In this document: one piece after another, positions 13,834-26,994 of the stretch | How positions within the stretch are numbered: position 1 is the stretch's first letter | Layout of the letters: the number at the start of each line of letters is the position of its first letter | Assembly (NCBI GenBank): GCA_023213395.1 | Contig: CM041465.1 | Span: 205,537,741-205,601,740, forward strand | From: Cycas panzhihuaensis | Taxonomy: Eukaryota; Plantae; Cycadophyta | Direction of reading: 5' to 3' | Length of the DNA stretch: 64,000 bases | Notes under the pieces: model-generated | Databases searched by the model: none | Told to the model about the DNA's origin: nothing | What the model saw: only the letters and a program-made list of their open reading frames with translations | Made by a program: the position numbers and the translations under genes

Positions 13834-14789
13834 TATCATTCTATATTATTGGCAATTGTATTAATTTTGTAGCATGGATTTGGAAGGTGAAATTGGTGCC
13901 CTTGAATTATGGTTGGCTAGGGTGCATGGATTTGGTTGGTTACTTCTTCCCCTTAATACAATAATCACCTAGGTAAATTCGATGGTTGAACTTGGAAATT
14001 TGAGGATTCAATATGGTTGATTCCTTAGAGATTTTAGAATTAGTTAGTCGATTCTTAGAAAACTTCTAACTAAAAGCAATTAGGGTGGGAGAGGAGAACC
14101 AAAGCATTAAATGTGATGCCAAACCTTAAAACATTTTTAGAATAGTAAAATAATTAATGCAAAAGGTGTAAAATGCTTACCCATTAATAAAAAAAGTAAA
14201 CATATCTTCATTACTCCATTTTTCCTTTTCTATGAGATTGTAAGCAAACAAAAGGAGATGGCAAACATAAAAAAAGGAGGTTGCGAGTGCTTTAATTAAA
14301 GATTTCTACTAGAAGTACTTCAAGCATTTTGGTATTCTTCCATTCAACTCTTCTCTTCTCTCTTATTTCAACAAAGCTTTCTCATTTTTCATAGTTCTTT
14401 TTTGAGGCATCAAGGAATAAAAGAAGACAACAAAGAGAAAGAAAAAGGAAATCAAGAAAAAAAGAGGATAAATAAAGAGAGAATTTTTTTTTGTCAATAT
14501 TGATCTTTTTATACCCATTTGATAGATGGAGGATTCAACCTCAAATACCATTCTAACATCGAGTTCAATTACTCCCAATGTAATAGTGGATCTAAGGCAA
14601 CTCTTTGGGATTATTCTGTTATTGAAAAAGATCCCCATAAATCCTAGTAAGGAACTTGCAAAATCAAATTCAACATTTGTTATATGCAATATATGATGCA
14701 CATTTACATCATATATTGATCTTAGAAGTGAGTTTATATAAGGGAATTACTGCCATGCAATAGAAAAAATTATCTTTGATGCAGTTGAA

Positions 14790-15966
14790 TGATATGAACT
14801 CATGTACTTCATGAATAGATGTTAAACAATAGAATGCACAAGTGAAGAATACTCTTGAGAATGAATACCAAGTTGTCATTTCACAAAAATGAATATGCTT
14901 ATATATAGGTACAAGAGACAAACACTTCCTCTTTTACAATGTGGGACAAATCCTTTTAAGCGAAAAGTAACTCAACAAGAAAATAAACTAAGTTACACTA
15001 TAAAAAGTGCCTAGTTCTAAGTGATTACAAACTACTAAAGTATATTTATCATACATGATACATATAACTTACCAATTCTATTTTTCAAAGGAAATTATCC
15101 CCAAGTTTGTGGAACTAGGTAGATATAAAAGTAATAGTCCATGATAGCTTGGAAGAACCATGCCATCCTCTTCTTATCTATCAGTTATGTAGCTATATGA
15201 TATGCCTTAAAACCAAAAAGTACATCTAGTGAATAAAGAGGCAAGGAATCATGCATTATAATTATTTGTTGCTTCTAAATGTAGTTGTACGAAAACCCTA
15301 GGTGTCTTGTAGGAGGCCATAAGTTGGAACTTATAATATTCCTTGAAAAGTAAGTGTCTTATGGACACTAAAGAAGAATCACAAAAAGTATAGTGGAGAT
15401 AATTAGGCCTTTCCTTTATATGATGCACAGTAGTAATGGCCATGATATTATATTGTGTTGTTTGTATTGGGGACAAACCTACAAGAACATTTGGAATATT
15501 TGTATGTGCTTTTATATCCTTGGTTGAAGGTGCAAGAGTGTGTACACTTTTTAACAAGGTGTGAGGAGAAACCATTGACTATTTTTGCTCATGGGTTGAT
15601 GATGTAGATATCATTGGTGGTACAAGTGCCACTATAGAGCCACATGATGAAAAGAGAGGCCCTTGGGGAAAAGAGGGACTTAACATGAGATCTATAATTT
15701 TTACCTATATGTTATGGGAAATGGCAAGTAATTGTGCTTGAAGTTATGGTGGTGCATTAATAATCTCTTGTGGAGTGAGTAGTGGTATAAAAGACACCAT
15801 TTACTTTGAAGGTATCATGGTCTGTTATTCAAGTAGACATTCTTCTTGTTGGTGTACTTGTGTTGGTGGGGATTCCATGTGTGGAGGTTCCATGAAAGCA
15901 AGGGTACTAATGGTAGAATTGGTTTCCTATTTGTGTGGTAGAGACATCATAATAGGAAATACCTAA
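14790..15966 (-). mobile_element. Small pol-less LTR element D1 (3' LTR 14790-15074, ~0.9-kb internal region); its upstream LTR is 15967-16286
   Basis: LTR is homologous to 15967-16286, 32194-32539 and 46335-46655. Internal region is homologous (inverted) to 45480-46334. Gypsy-like PPT region precedes the 3' LTR. Confidence 0.72.
15249..15625 (-). pseudogene. Unidentified reading frame inside element D1
   Basis: ORF 15249-15575 aligns without gaps to the + strand frame from 45782 in element D2. No recognisable gag or pol motif. Confidence 0.5.
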
Positions 15967-17726
15967 TAATAAACATGTGGGAATTACTACTGAATGTGTT
16001 ATAGGGTTGGCTAAAGAAATGCCAAGTAATATAATGTACAAATAAAGACAATTGTTGAGAATAAAGGCCAACTTATCATTTTATGAATAGTAAACATAAT
16101 TATATACAAGTATAAGAGACATAGTTACTTTCAAATAGTGTAAGATAAATATATTTAAGTGAAAAGTAACTTAATAATAAATAAGCTAGGTTACATGACA
16201 AAAAGAACCTAAATCACTGTTAATAAATTGAAGTGGCTATCTCAAGACTAATTAATGTATAATACAATATTGTTAGAGGTTCATCAATTCTTTCTTATTT
16301 AGAAAAATAATTTTCATAATTTTCAGGACCCCAAATAGTGTCGAAATTCACAAAGCATGGTGGCTTGCTAATATCATTTCACTTGTGATGTCAAATTTCT
16401 CTTTTTGTCCACCAAATAAGTTGTCATTTGTTAGTGGTAGATTGTCTTAGTCCTAATGTTAAGAAAATTGCTTGCAATGAGATGTGTTTGGAAGTCTAAA
16501 ATGTTGTCTTTTGGATGGGTGATTTTTTGTTTTATCCTTTAGTATGGTGCTCATATAGCTTGAAATTATGATATTGCTAGCATTATATATCTCAAGTTGA
16601 GTAGACAAGTCTAAGTGAAAAATGATTTGGTCTAATGGCTTTCATATTTGAGTGATTTTAAATTGTGATGTTTTTTGTTATAGAATATAAGCTTGTTGAG
16701 ATGAAGCCAAAAATAATTGCCCACTTATAACTTATAAGTTATTCTATGTTGGTCTCGTAGAGCTTTATATTTGGCCTAAGATTTAAAAAGGATCTTGCAA
16801 GCTTGAGAGTGGAATTTTTTTAAATTCTCTATAAAGACATTGGCATTCCCTTGTTCTTCGAGCTCATTGTAGTTAAATGGAAGAGGACAAAGCAAAGGAA
16901 TATCATAGGTGACCACTAGTTAAAACCTATAACATATTTCAAATAGTGAATAGCTAGTATAAACATAAATAACTCTACTATAACCATGTTGAATTGTAAA
17001 GAGTGATTTGTCCTATTGCTTTATAGTATACCAATATATTTGTAGTAAATAAATGATAGTTATATTCACTATCTTAGTTTGTCCATCTACTTGAGTGTGG
17101 AACTTGGTGGAGAACTTACACTAACATCCACGCATTTTCCACAGTGATTGTTAGAGATGACTCATGAACATGGTATTTCAATCTGAGATGATATTGAATG
17201 GAAGACCAAAATGTTTCCACATGTGGTCAAATAATATGTTAACCATTCATATAAAATTGGTATTCTTAGCACATGGAATGAAGATGGCCATTTTGGAGAA
17301 GTGATAAACCACTACTAAGATGTAACCATGTTGGCATTGTGCTATAGGAAGACTAGTGAAATAATACATGGAGACTAATTCCCATAGACAAGAAGGAATT
17401 AACAATGGCTAATATAAACTAACCTTTCTATTGAAAGGCTTTCTCAAGTTGTTAAATGAACTCTTCTATGATTTTGTTAATAAAAGTCTACAAGAAGTAT
17501 TGTTGTAGGTGTTAAATGGTTTTCAACACATTGAAATCTCTACCACAGTTAGATGAATGGACCTTTTTAAGGAGTTAAATGTGCTTATTACCCTATGAAA
17601 TGCAAAGCTACTAATGTTTGTAAAGAAGACCGTACTTGAGGTGATACTCTAGGTATGGTTTCTTATTGATTTTATTGAGGTTTTAGATGGTGTTATGAAT
17701 GGAACCAAAATTTGGATTTATGTTGT
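15967..17726 (-). mobile_element. Ty3/gypsy element E, 3' part (integrase remnant and 3' LTR 15967-16286)
   Basis: Minus-strand integrase remnants (ISMYYFTSLP ~17350-17380; WKHFGLP ~17200-17220). LTR starts TGATGA on the minus strand at 16286, after a purine-rich tract. Confidence 0.75.
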
Positions 17727-17934
17727 TGTAGCAGATTATTTGTCCACTACCCAAAGTAAGCTTAAATTTAAAAGTGTTTCTTCAAAATTTGAATAATTTA
17801 TATTAAATAAATCTAATGTGTGCATAATGATTTGTGGCTATATAAATAAGAATGAAATGCCTCTTCTGATAAGACACACCTCTTAATAATTAATGTATTA
17901 ATAAGGGCTAGTTAGAGCTGTAAGGCTTATAACA
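17727..17934 (-). repeat. 3' LTR of element F
   Basis: TGTAG...TAACA, colinear with 31073-31280. Confidence 0.9.
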
Positions 17935-20900
17935 AGTACCTCCCCTTTCAAAATTATTTGTGCTTAAAGCATGGAGGATTTTAAAAACTTTTATAGGTAG
18001 TCACTAGTCTTTTCCCTTAGATCTTTGTAATATATCCCATGCCATGATTAGGCCGGGGTCCCATTAGAAGTGGATAAAAGGCCATATCATTCCACCTTGG
18101 GAGATTGTGAAGATCCCAAGTTTGTTTCTTATTGAGTTGTTCTATTAATTAGGCTTCAATGGAATATAATTGAGTGATGAAACTTGCATTCCCTTGGCCA
18201 ATTAATTTATCCATCTTTGATGCAATGATGGTTTTAGATTTAGATGTAGAGACTCCAAAAAATTGATAGATCTTTCCATCTCATAAAAAATGAATGAAAT
18301 TTTGATCGTGGTTTAGTGCATAGGTTTCCAAGTTCTTGAGCTATTCAACCCCAAGTATAGCATCTAAACTTCCAATGGGGAAGGCATAATAATCAATGCA
18401 AAATTTGACAATATTGATATGAAGTTATTGATTAGTAAGTTCTCCATTGTAGTTTATTTGTTTATCACCCAACATTATTATAAAAGTCTTGGACTTACTA
18501 ATGAAGAGGTCCAAATGGATTACAACTTTTATGTCTATGAAATTATGGGTGCTTTTTGGTTCAATGAGAATAACTACTTGTTCCTTATGTAGGAATTCTT
18601 ATAACTTGATAATGTTGGCTTGTCAGATGCTTGATATGGGCTACCAAAGAGATTGAAAGTCATCAACAAGAGGTAATATCTCCATAAATGATGGTTGATT
18701 GCCAATCATATTGATTTTATCATTGTTGATTTCAACTACATATAGTTGGTTTCATTTTAAGCAACCACTTCTCATAATATCGTGAATATTTTTAATCATG
18801 TACTAGTTTTCTAATATTAGAGGCTTGCCTACAAGCAAAGGTTAATTTTAGAAGTTTGATTGTTGCTCAAGAGAAATATATTAGGAGGCCTATGATTGTT
18901 GATTGACCTTAGCCTATTTTATAAGATCAATGGCTTCCTTTAATGTAGTATGTTGAAACATTTTGACTTTAGTGCTAATATTAGGCCAAAGGTTAGCTTG
19001 TAGAATTATATTGCCTCTTCATCTAAAATGGTCATTTTGAGCTAGAGTTTCTCAAAACATTTTGTGAATTCCTCAACCAAAAAATCATGTTGGAAACAAT
19101 GGGACAATTGGACCTTATACAAAATTTAGTCAGGCCCTTCAGTTCTCTTGTGAATGGTCTTGACAAAATTGTATCAAAGAATGTAAACACAATTCGAATG
19201 GATTCCCATGTGAAGATATGTCCTTATAAAGGGTTAATGGTAAATCTAGTTTGGTTAGTTTGCCTTGGGAAAAGGATATCCTTGAAAGTTGTTATAAGCT
19301 TGGAGATCTATCTATCAAGATTGATTTTTCCATTAAGGCTATAATTAGGAATGATAAGCAACTTTTTGTACTAGATTTCAACTTTGTTGTTGCTATTTTA
19401 ATTATGAGAAGAGTTACAGGTTTCAGATCTAGGGTCTATTTTCATATACGTGAGTTTTTTGATGTTGTCATCTATTTATTTCATCCATTATTCAATGGCA
19501 TCAACATAAGCATTGATGTCATTGTAAAAGTCACTTTTGTTGGTCATTCTTTCTCTTTTTTTATATTATACTACATTAGGTTTTGTAGAACTAGAATGGA
19601 GCTTCAAAGTCCAATTTGTAGTTGCTTGGTGAGTTGGTTGATTTTGTCTAGTATTTGATTTTAGCTATGTATATGATTATGAGACATTAATTATTAAAAT
19701 ATAATGGAATTCAACTTTAAATAGATCTTGCATATATTTAATTTATAATCTTCTAAGTTATGATCCCGATGAAATTAGTGGCATTGAAAATCACTTCCTC
19801 ATGTAAAAACTATGACCAATTTAACTAAAATTATGTGGTAGGCCCATTTAGTGTTAGTCTTGGTTACTATATTTCAAAAATAAATGTGAAAGTAGTGGAA
19901 GAGGATAAGTAATTATCCTTTAGATTCAAAGAAAGTTGAGAAGGAAGGGTGATCGTATGAATAGGGTAAGTAATTGACCTTTTGATTTAAAGAAAGTTGA
20001 GAAGGATGGGTGAATGGTATGTTATAGTGATTGTAAGGTTAAGGAAAGAAAATAAAGAAAAGATGTTGGTTTCAAAGGACAAAATGGAAGAGGTTTTAGT
20101 AATGTAGTTGTGATATTAGTTATGGGCAAGAATTGGTTTTGAATTTATTCTTCTTAAGGAACATTCATATTTGAAATTCAACTTAGGAAATTTAATTCAT
20201 GTAATGTTAAATGTATGATGTAAATTTTGATTACAAGTGGTAGTTGTTGGTGGTCACATAGATGATGACAAGGCTATATTGACAAGAAGACTTACCATAT
20301 TGCATAATGTAAGTTTTTTTTTTAAGAGGTGATATAAGAATAATGGTATGCAAATGTTTTGAGGTAGCCACAATGACAAAGGCAAATGATAGAAGAATAA
20401 TGCAGAAAGCCCATAGGTAACGCAATTTCATATTGATAATGTGATGTCTTTGTGTTGACGATGTAAAGGTCACAGAGTGTAAAGAATATGGAAGAGTGAC
20501 ATAGGGATACAAGATATAAATAGACACTAATATACAACAATGGAAATATAGAGGGCACTTGAAGATAATAAAGACCATAATTGGTGATATCTAGTAGCAA
20601 ATATGGTTGTTGGATGGGCTACAAATGATGGAGGAAGACATAGGTAAGGAAAGAGATACAATGGGTAATAAAAAAAGGAAGGTGATGAGACTTGCAACTA
20701 TACATAGGAACAAAAAATATAGAATAACCTAAAGAAAAAAGAAAAATAAAGAGAGGAATTTTTAAATTTGAGAAAGGGATAGAAAGATCACCATGCATAA
20801 GATTTTTTGGGTAGAATTATTTTACTCGTTAAATAACAATCATTCATAACATTATAATGGAAATGGTATGTACAGTAAATATAATCAAAGGTGTAACCAA

Positions 20901-21009
20901 ACAATGAGTAGTCAGTTATATACCTACCTTATAAATGGTTGGTGAACCCCCTAAACCAACTCACTTATTAATTTAATATAAACATTATAAGTAGTTTAAC
21001 ATTCCCTTT

Positions 21010-24000
21010 TAATATTTACATTATTGATCCTAACACATAACCTTTTTTTAAACTTTTGAAATCTATCCAAAGTTAGAGGTTTGGGGAGGACATTTACCAA
21101 CTATTCTTTTGTAGGCCTATTGATAAGCTTAATGTTGTCATTCTGGATTAACTCCCTTATGAAATAATGATGAATTTCAATATGCTTTGTGCATGCATAA
21201 AAAACTAGATTCTTATCTAGTTTCAATGTATTTTGATTGTCACAATATAATGTTGTAGCTTCTTCTTGATGTATACCCATATCATTAATAATCTGCTTAA
21301 ATTAGATGGATTTTGATGTTGCTACAACTACAACCTGCTCTAGGTCTCAGATGCAGAACTTAGATAGAAACATTAGCCAAATGTAGACTTTCTGCTATCA
21401 ATACATCCTACCCAACCTAAACTTGTATGATTGACTAACTTGAAATTGTCATTATAAATAAACTCTAGTCCATACTACAATGTTCCATGTAAGTATCTGA
21501 GAACTTATTTGGTAGTCAACTAGTAACTTTATTTTGGTGCTATCATGAATTTGGAAACTATGCCAATAACATATAAAATAACTAATTTAATTGTGCTAAG
21601 ATAGATTAGACTACCAATTAGTTATTAAAATAGAGTGTTGTTTACTAGTTTATCTTCATCACTTTGATTTTTGAGTTTAACTCCTATCTCCATCGAGGTT
21701 GATGTGGGCTTATTATTATCCATTCTAATTTTTTTAAAGTGTATTTGGCTTTCGAAATGAAGTTTTTGCTAGGTTTTTGCCATACTTCCACTCTAAGGCA
21801 TTAATAGAGTAAACCAAAATTTGTCATTTTTAAGTTTTTTTATCAAATTTTATTTTAGGTTTGATATTATTATGGTATAATTCCTAATGAGTAGTAAATC
21901 ATCTACATATAAGATTCTAAAGGTTACAAATTTATCATGGATTGCTATGTAAATATTTGAGTCAGATAATAATTTCTCAAACCTATTTTTCTAAAAGTAC
22001 TAATCAATTTTCTCATACTAGGCTTAAGGAGCTTGCTTTAAACCATATAAGGACTTCTTAAGTCAACATACAAGGTGCTCTTAATGTTTCTCTATATAAC
22101 CAAGTAACTACTTTATGTACACCTCTTTTGTTAGGTCTCTATTAAGAAAGTCACTCTTGACGTCCATTTGGCATATTTGCTAGTTGAACTCAGTAGTTAT
22201 TGTCATAATGATTTTGATAGTATTCATCTTTTCCATAAGTGCAAATATTTCTTGATAGTCGATACCTATTTTTTGCTTAAAGTCTTTAGTGGTAAGTCTA
22301 GTCTTGTGTATTTATCTATTGTGCTATCTAATTTAAACTTAATCTTATAAATCCATTTACATCTAATTGCTTACTTTTTGGGTGGCAAATTGACTAATTT
22401 CTAAGTCTTATTTTTCTTCATTGTTTAGATTTTAATATCTATTGCAACTTTCTACTTTTATTTCCTTATTATCTCCTAAAAAATGGAAGGCTCATTAACA
22501 TTTAGAATTTGAGCCATTAACTTGATAATTGGATTGATACTTCAATTTTCTCTTACCTTAGATCTTAAGCAACTTGGCATTTTTAATAGTCCTTAAATAT
22601 CAACTTGGGCATCTTCTTCTTTAGAGGAGAAGGTAGATTTTGAAGCTATGGGTCATCACACTATTACTTCAAATTTTATTATATACCAAACTAAACTTCT
22701 TTAGTGTCTTCTAATTGAGGTCTCTAAAATTAGAACCTTTTATACACTGTATAATCAACATCAATGATCTCACTAACTAGTTCAGGGTTAATCATGACTA
22801 CTTACTTTAATGAACAATATTTTATTTTTTCACTAATGGGTTGATATTGTTGATTAATTAAGTGCCTTACATCTAGTGAAGCCAAGTTAAGTTGTTGAGC
22901 ATTTTCATCAAAGACGACATCTCAAGTTACATGAATTTTTATATCTTAAATTTATAAACCTTAAAGGCTTTGATTTCTTCATTGTATCTAATGAGGATAC
23001 ACTTAGAACTTTTGTTATTAAACTTCTTTTGCTTTTCATTGGGTGTATGCATATACACTACACTCCTAAATACTTTCATATGGTTGATAGTAGGCTTGTT
23101 TCTAGACCATGGTTCCTCTTGTATTATATTTCAAACTGCTTTTGTTGGACTTTTGTTATTTAGATAAGCAATTATACTCACTTTTTTCACCTAAAGATAT
23201 TCAATGGTATCCTTATTAGCTTTTTAAACTAAGGTCTTATTCATACATTTAATAATACTATTTTACTTAGGTGTACAAGTTGTAGTCAATTGCTGTTAGA
23301 TGTTGTGGTCTTTGTAGTATTTATTGAATTCCTTTGATGTATATTCATCTCTATTGTTAAACCTTAGGGTCTTCAACATTTGACTTGATTTATTCTTGAC
23401 ACACTCCTTAAACTATCTGAATACTTTGAAAGTTTGTGACTTATCCTTAATATAAGATAAACCTAAACTTTCTTGGCAAAGTCATCAATAAAAGTTAGAA
23501 AACATTTGGCTCCTCTAATTGATACGACCAACATTGGTCTATAGATATCAGAGTAAAGCAACTCTAATGCCTATGTTGCTCTTTAAGCTTTACCTTTTAG
23601 AAAATACTCTTGATGTTACTTGGCCATGATACATGGTGTTCACATAGATATTATTTAGCATTAATTTTAGGAATGTCATATACTATATTAAGTTTATCTA
23701 GAAATTAGAGATTGAGATAATTCAAATGACCCATCCACTCATGGCATAGTTTATTTTTATTATTTATAGAGATATTTAAGGCTTTATGGTTTCAAATTTG
23801 CCATTTAAAATATACAAATCATTAACTCTGGTTCCTTCAATAATTATTTTACTATGTTTATTCCATATGGTATATTTCTCGCGTTGAGGTTTGATGTCCA
23901 TATCTTATTTCTTAATGTAAGAGGCTGAGATGAGATTGCTTTTTAGCCTTGGGACATATAATGCATATTACATATTTGATATAGGTGTTCCTATCTTTAG

Positions 24001-25079
24001 AACTAATGATTGGAACTTTATTAATCTTTGTTGTTTACAAAATATACTTGTCACCTATGGTGACAGATTCACTTATTGCTTGATTCATATTGAGAAACCA
24101 TTCTAATCTCTTTATCATATGTTTAGTCATACTTGAATCAATAAACCTAGCATCACCAACATCATCTCTAACCAAATATGATACTATAAAAAGTTTTTCC
24201 CTCTTCTTAGTGTTACTTGAAGAATGAGCACTCAAAAAATTATCTCAAAGAGCACTATTCCCCCTATTCAATTATTGACGACATTGTTGTTATTACTAGC
24301 ACTATTATCATTATCATTGTCCTTGTTGTTGTTATTATCACTATTACTATTATACACTTTGATAATCCTTTTTCATATATCCATTTTTTCCACAATTCCA
24401 ACATTTTACTTATGCTATGGAATTGTATCTCAAAACATTGTGTTTAAATGGTGTAGGATTTTTCCTGGGGATGAAGGATTATTTACCCTTAAAGTTAGTT
24501 GCTAATGTATTTGGTGATTCTCCAGTAATGTCCTTTAATATCTATTCATGTAGCTTTATCAATCTTTCTATCTCACTAAAGGTTAACTCACTAAACTTTC
24601 TAATCAGACTTATATTAGTAAAAATGTTTCATATGAAGGTGGTAGAGATATGATTACAACATTGATCAATTTTAGGTCTTCGACTAGTTTTTTTATAGAA
24701 CTTAGATCATTTTCACCTCTTGCAGGTGATCGATCATGGGCCTTATCAGTTTTAGGATGTACAATTAGTTTCTCAATGCCAAGGTTTTAATATCATCATG
24801 ATTGTGTACTAAACTTATTTGGGTGTGGTCATAGTAGGCACATTCATGATCAATTTTTTTGCTATAGAAAGGTTAATGAAACTTAAAGTGATTCTCAATT
24901 TCACCTTTATTTATTTATTTTTATTCATTTTGGTCTATTGGCATTGTGGGTTCACTCTTAATATATTGCTGTATATCATTAATATTAAAAAAAAAAATTA
25001 TCTAATGTTTTTAGAAGGAAAGGTTTTCCACCCCTGTTAACAGTATGGTTATTGAACTAATTATATTATTATTAGCCAT
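21010..25079 (-). pseudogene. gag-pol polyprotein of copia G, heavily disrupted
   Basis: gag start MANNNIISSITILLTGVEN at 25079; protease FIDSSMTKHM ~24120-24150; integrase; RT (MDVKSDFL ~22150, LYVDDLL ~21900); RNase H (KHIEIHHYFIRE ~21160-21190). Confidence 0.87.
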
Positions 25080-26559
25080 TGTTCTTCATAATTTAGTTTA
25101 AATTTCAATTTCAAATTGGAGAAGAGCTACTTAAAACTAGTTTTGAAGGAGTAGGAAGAGGAGGAGCAACATGCCAATTGCAAAGAATGTGCCATAGTGT
25201 GGGTTTTGAATATGTTTTACACATTACGAAGAAAACACTTTATTTTATTAATTATTAGATAAATTTTGAGGTTAGCACATAGGGTACTATATGATAATAT
25301 TGGTTTACACACAAATAACTAGACTAATCAATAAAAATGTCAGTTATCATGCATGATACTAATATATTTAGTATTAATTTAAAAGATTATTTTACGATTT
25401 TTTAAATACAAAATACATATGCTTGATGATCTATTAAAAAGTGGTTTAAAATATGAATTTGACAGATTTGAGAGTGGAAAAAAAAGATATTCTAGTGAAA
25501 AAATATATTAATTTTTGTCCTTAAGACACTAAGAAAAAATAAAGAATTGAGCCCTTTTGAAAAAAGTAAGGATTGCATATATTACCACCTTTTATAATAA
25601 AAATGAGTGGATCTTATATTTTTATAAAAAGTGACTTAACATTGAGTAACTTAGATTATTTTCAAAAAACCCTAAGTTCTCAATATCTATTTGATATTAG
25701 GTTTTATATATGGTGGAAAATATGAGATCTGCAAATTATCATAATCCTAATTTCTTATCTCTTTGACATTTGAGGCTTTGTGTATAATAACATAGGTAAT
25801 TGTGAATATGCAAACTCTATGGATATCTCATTTATCACAATTATATCTTTTATTGCATTTCATCTCTTGATCTTTATTGAGGGCAATCATTTTTTTCATT
25901 TAAATCTCTTGTTGAAAGCTTCATAGGAATCACATGATCATGACCTACACACTTAAGTATTTTCATCGAATGATAGTTGATTTAGAGAGTATCTTCATTT
26001 AATTTTTTTTTTAATGTAATGATTTTATCAGTAATCCACTATATGGCTAAAAGAGATTTTGTTATTGATTTATGTAGGGTTATAAACCAATATGGTGAGT
26101 GAAATCTAATAGTCAACCTTGAATGATAGCCTTATGAGAGCGTTTTTCTTATTCTCTTCTTTATTTCATCTAACAACTTTGTAAAATGCAATGATTTCAT
26201 CAGAAGAAGAATGACAATGAAAAATAGATAGACTCTAGAGAGTAGGGCTTAATAGTGTCTGATTTTTTTCAACTTGTTATGGGTAAAAGAACCTTGTGTA
26301 AATTTGTAGCTATAAATAGCTATTTAATGATTTTCTTAAAGCTAGGGTTTCATTTTTAAAAATATTATTGTCATATATTTTTACAAATTTTCATGAAAAA
26401 AAGTAGTTTTCTTTATCTTATACAATATGAATTAGGGTTTTAATTATTGAAAGCTTTAGAAAACTTAATAAAGATTATTATTGCATAGCTTCTTTTCATG
26501 TGCAACTATATATTATAATATTATTTCTTATTTATTTTACCAAATTTAATTTATATAAA

Positions 26560-26562
<3 letters not shown>

Positions 26563-26598
<36 letters not shown>
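26563..26598 (+). repeat. (TC)n microsatellite in the leader of copia G
   Basis: Perfect TC run of about 18 units. Confidence 0.95.
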
Positions 26599-26601
<3 letters not shown>

Positions 26602-26994
26602 ACAATATTGTATTATAAAAAATATTTGATACCAACCTTGGTTTGAAAAATAACTACAAGTAATAAGGATCTTATATATTTTGATGTGATAAGAATTGCT
26701 TCCAAGAAGTTTCCCTCATAAACATTTGCTTGCAATTAGTTTAACTACATCTTTTTCTCTACATGCTCCTCATTAATTAGAAACAAACCTATTTCAATTA
26801 TACATGGCTATGAGACCATGTCATATTTGAGAAAAGGATATAAAGATCACCATGTATATATTTTTCTTAGTAGAATTGTTCTACCCTTTAAATAGTAATA
26901 ATTTATAATATTATAATGGAAATACTATGTATAATAAATACAATCAAAAGTGTAACCAATCAATGAGTAACTAATTGCACACCTATCTCATATG

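Noticed and set aside
13834-14789. Possible host exon or gypsy gag/protease fragment (ORF 14363-14701)
   Set aside because: No convincing motif or splice structure; probably very old TE debris, left unannotated.
19087-20600. Hydrophobic ORFs as env-like or membrane protein genes
   Set aside because: They are antisense to gag or lie in the AT-rich leader; the F/I/L richness reflects T-rich composition, and there is no second copy supporting the frame.
24830-25700. Suspected insertion or intron interrupting gag of copia G
   Set aside because: gag can be followed to an ATG at 25079; the remainder is 5' leader, and no TIR or TSD was found.
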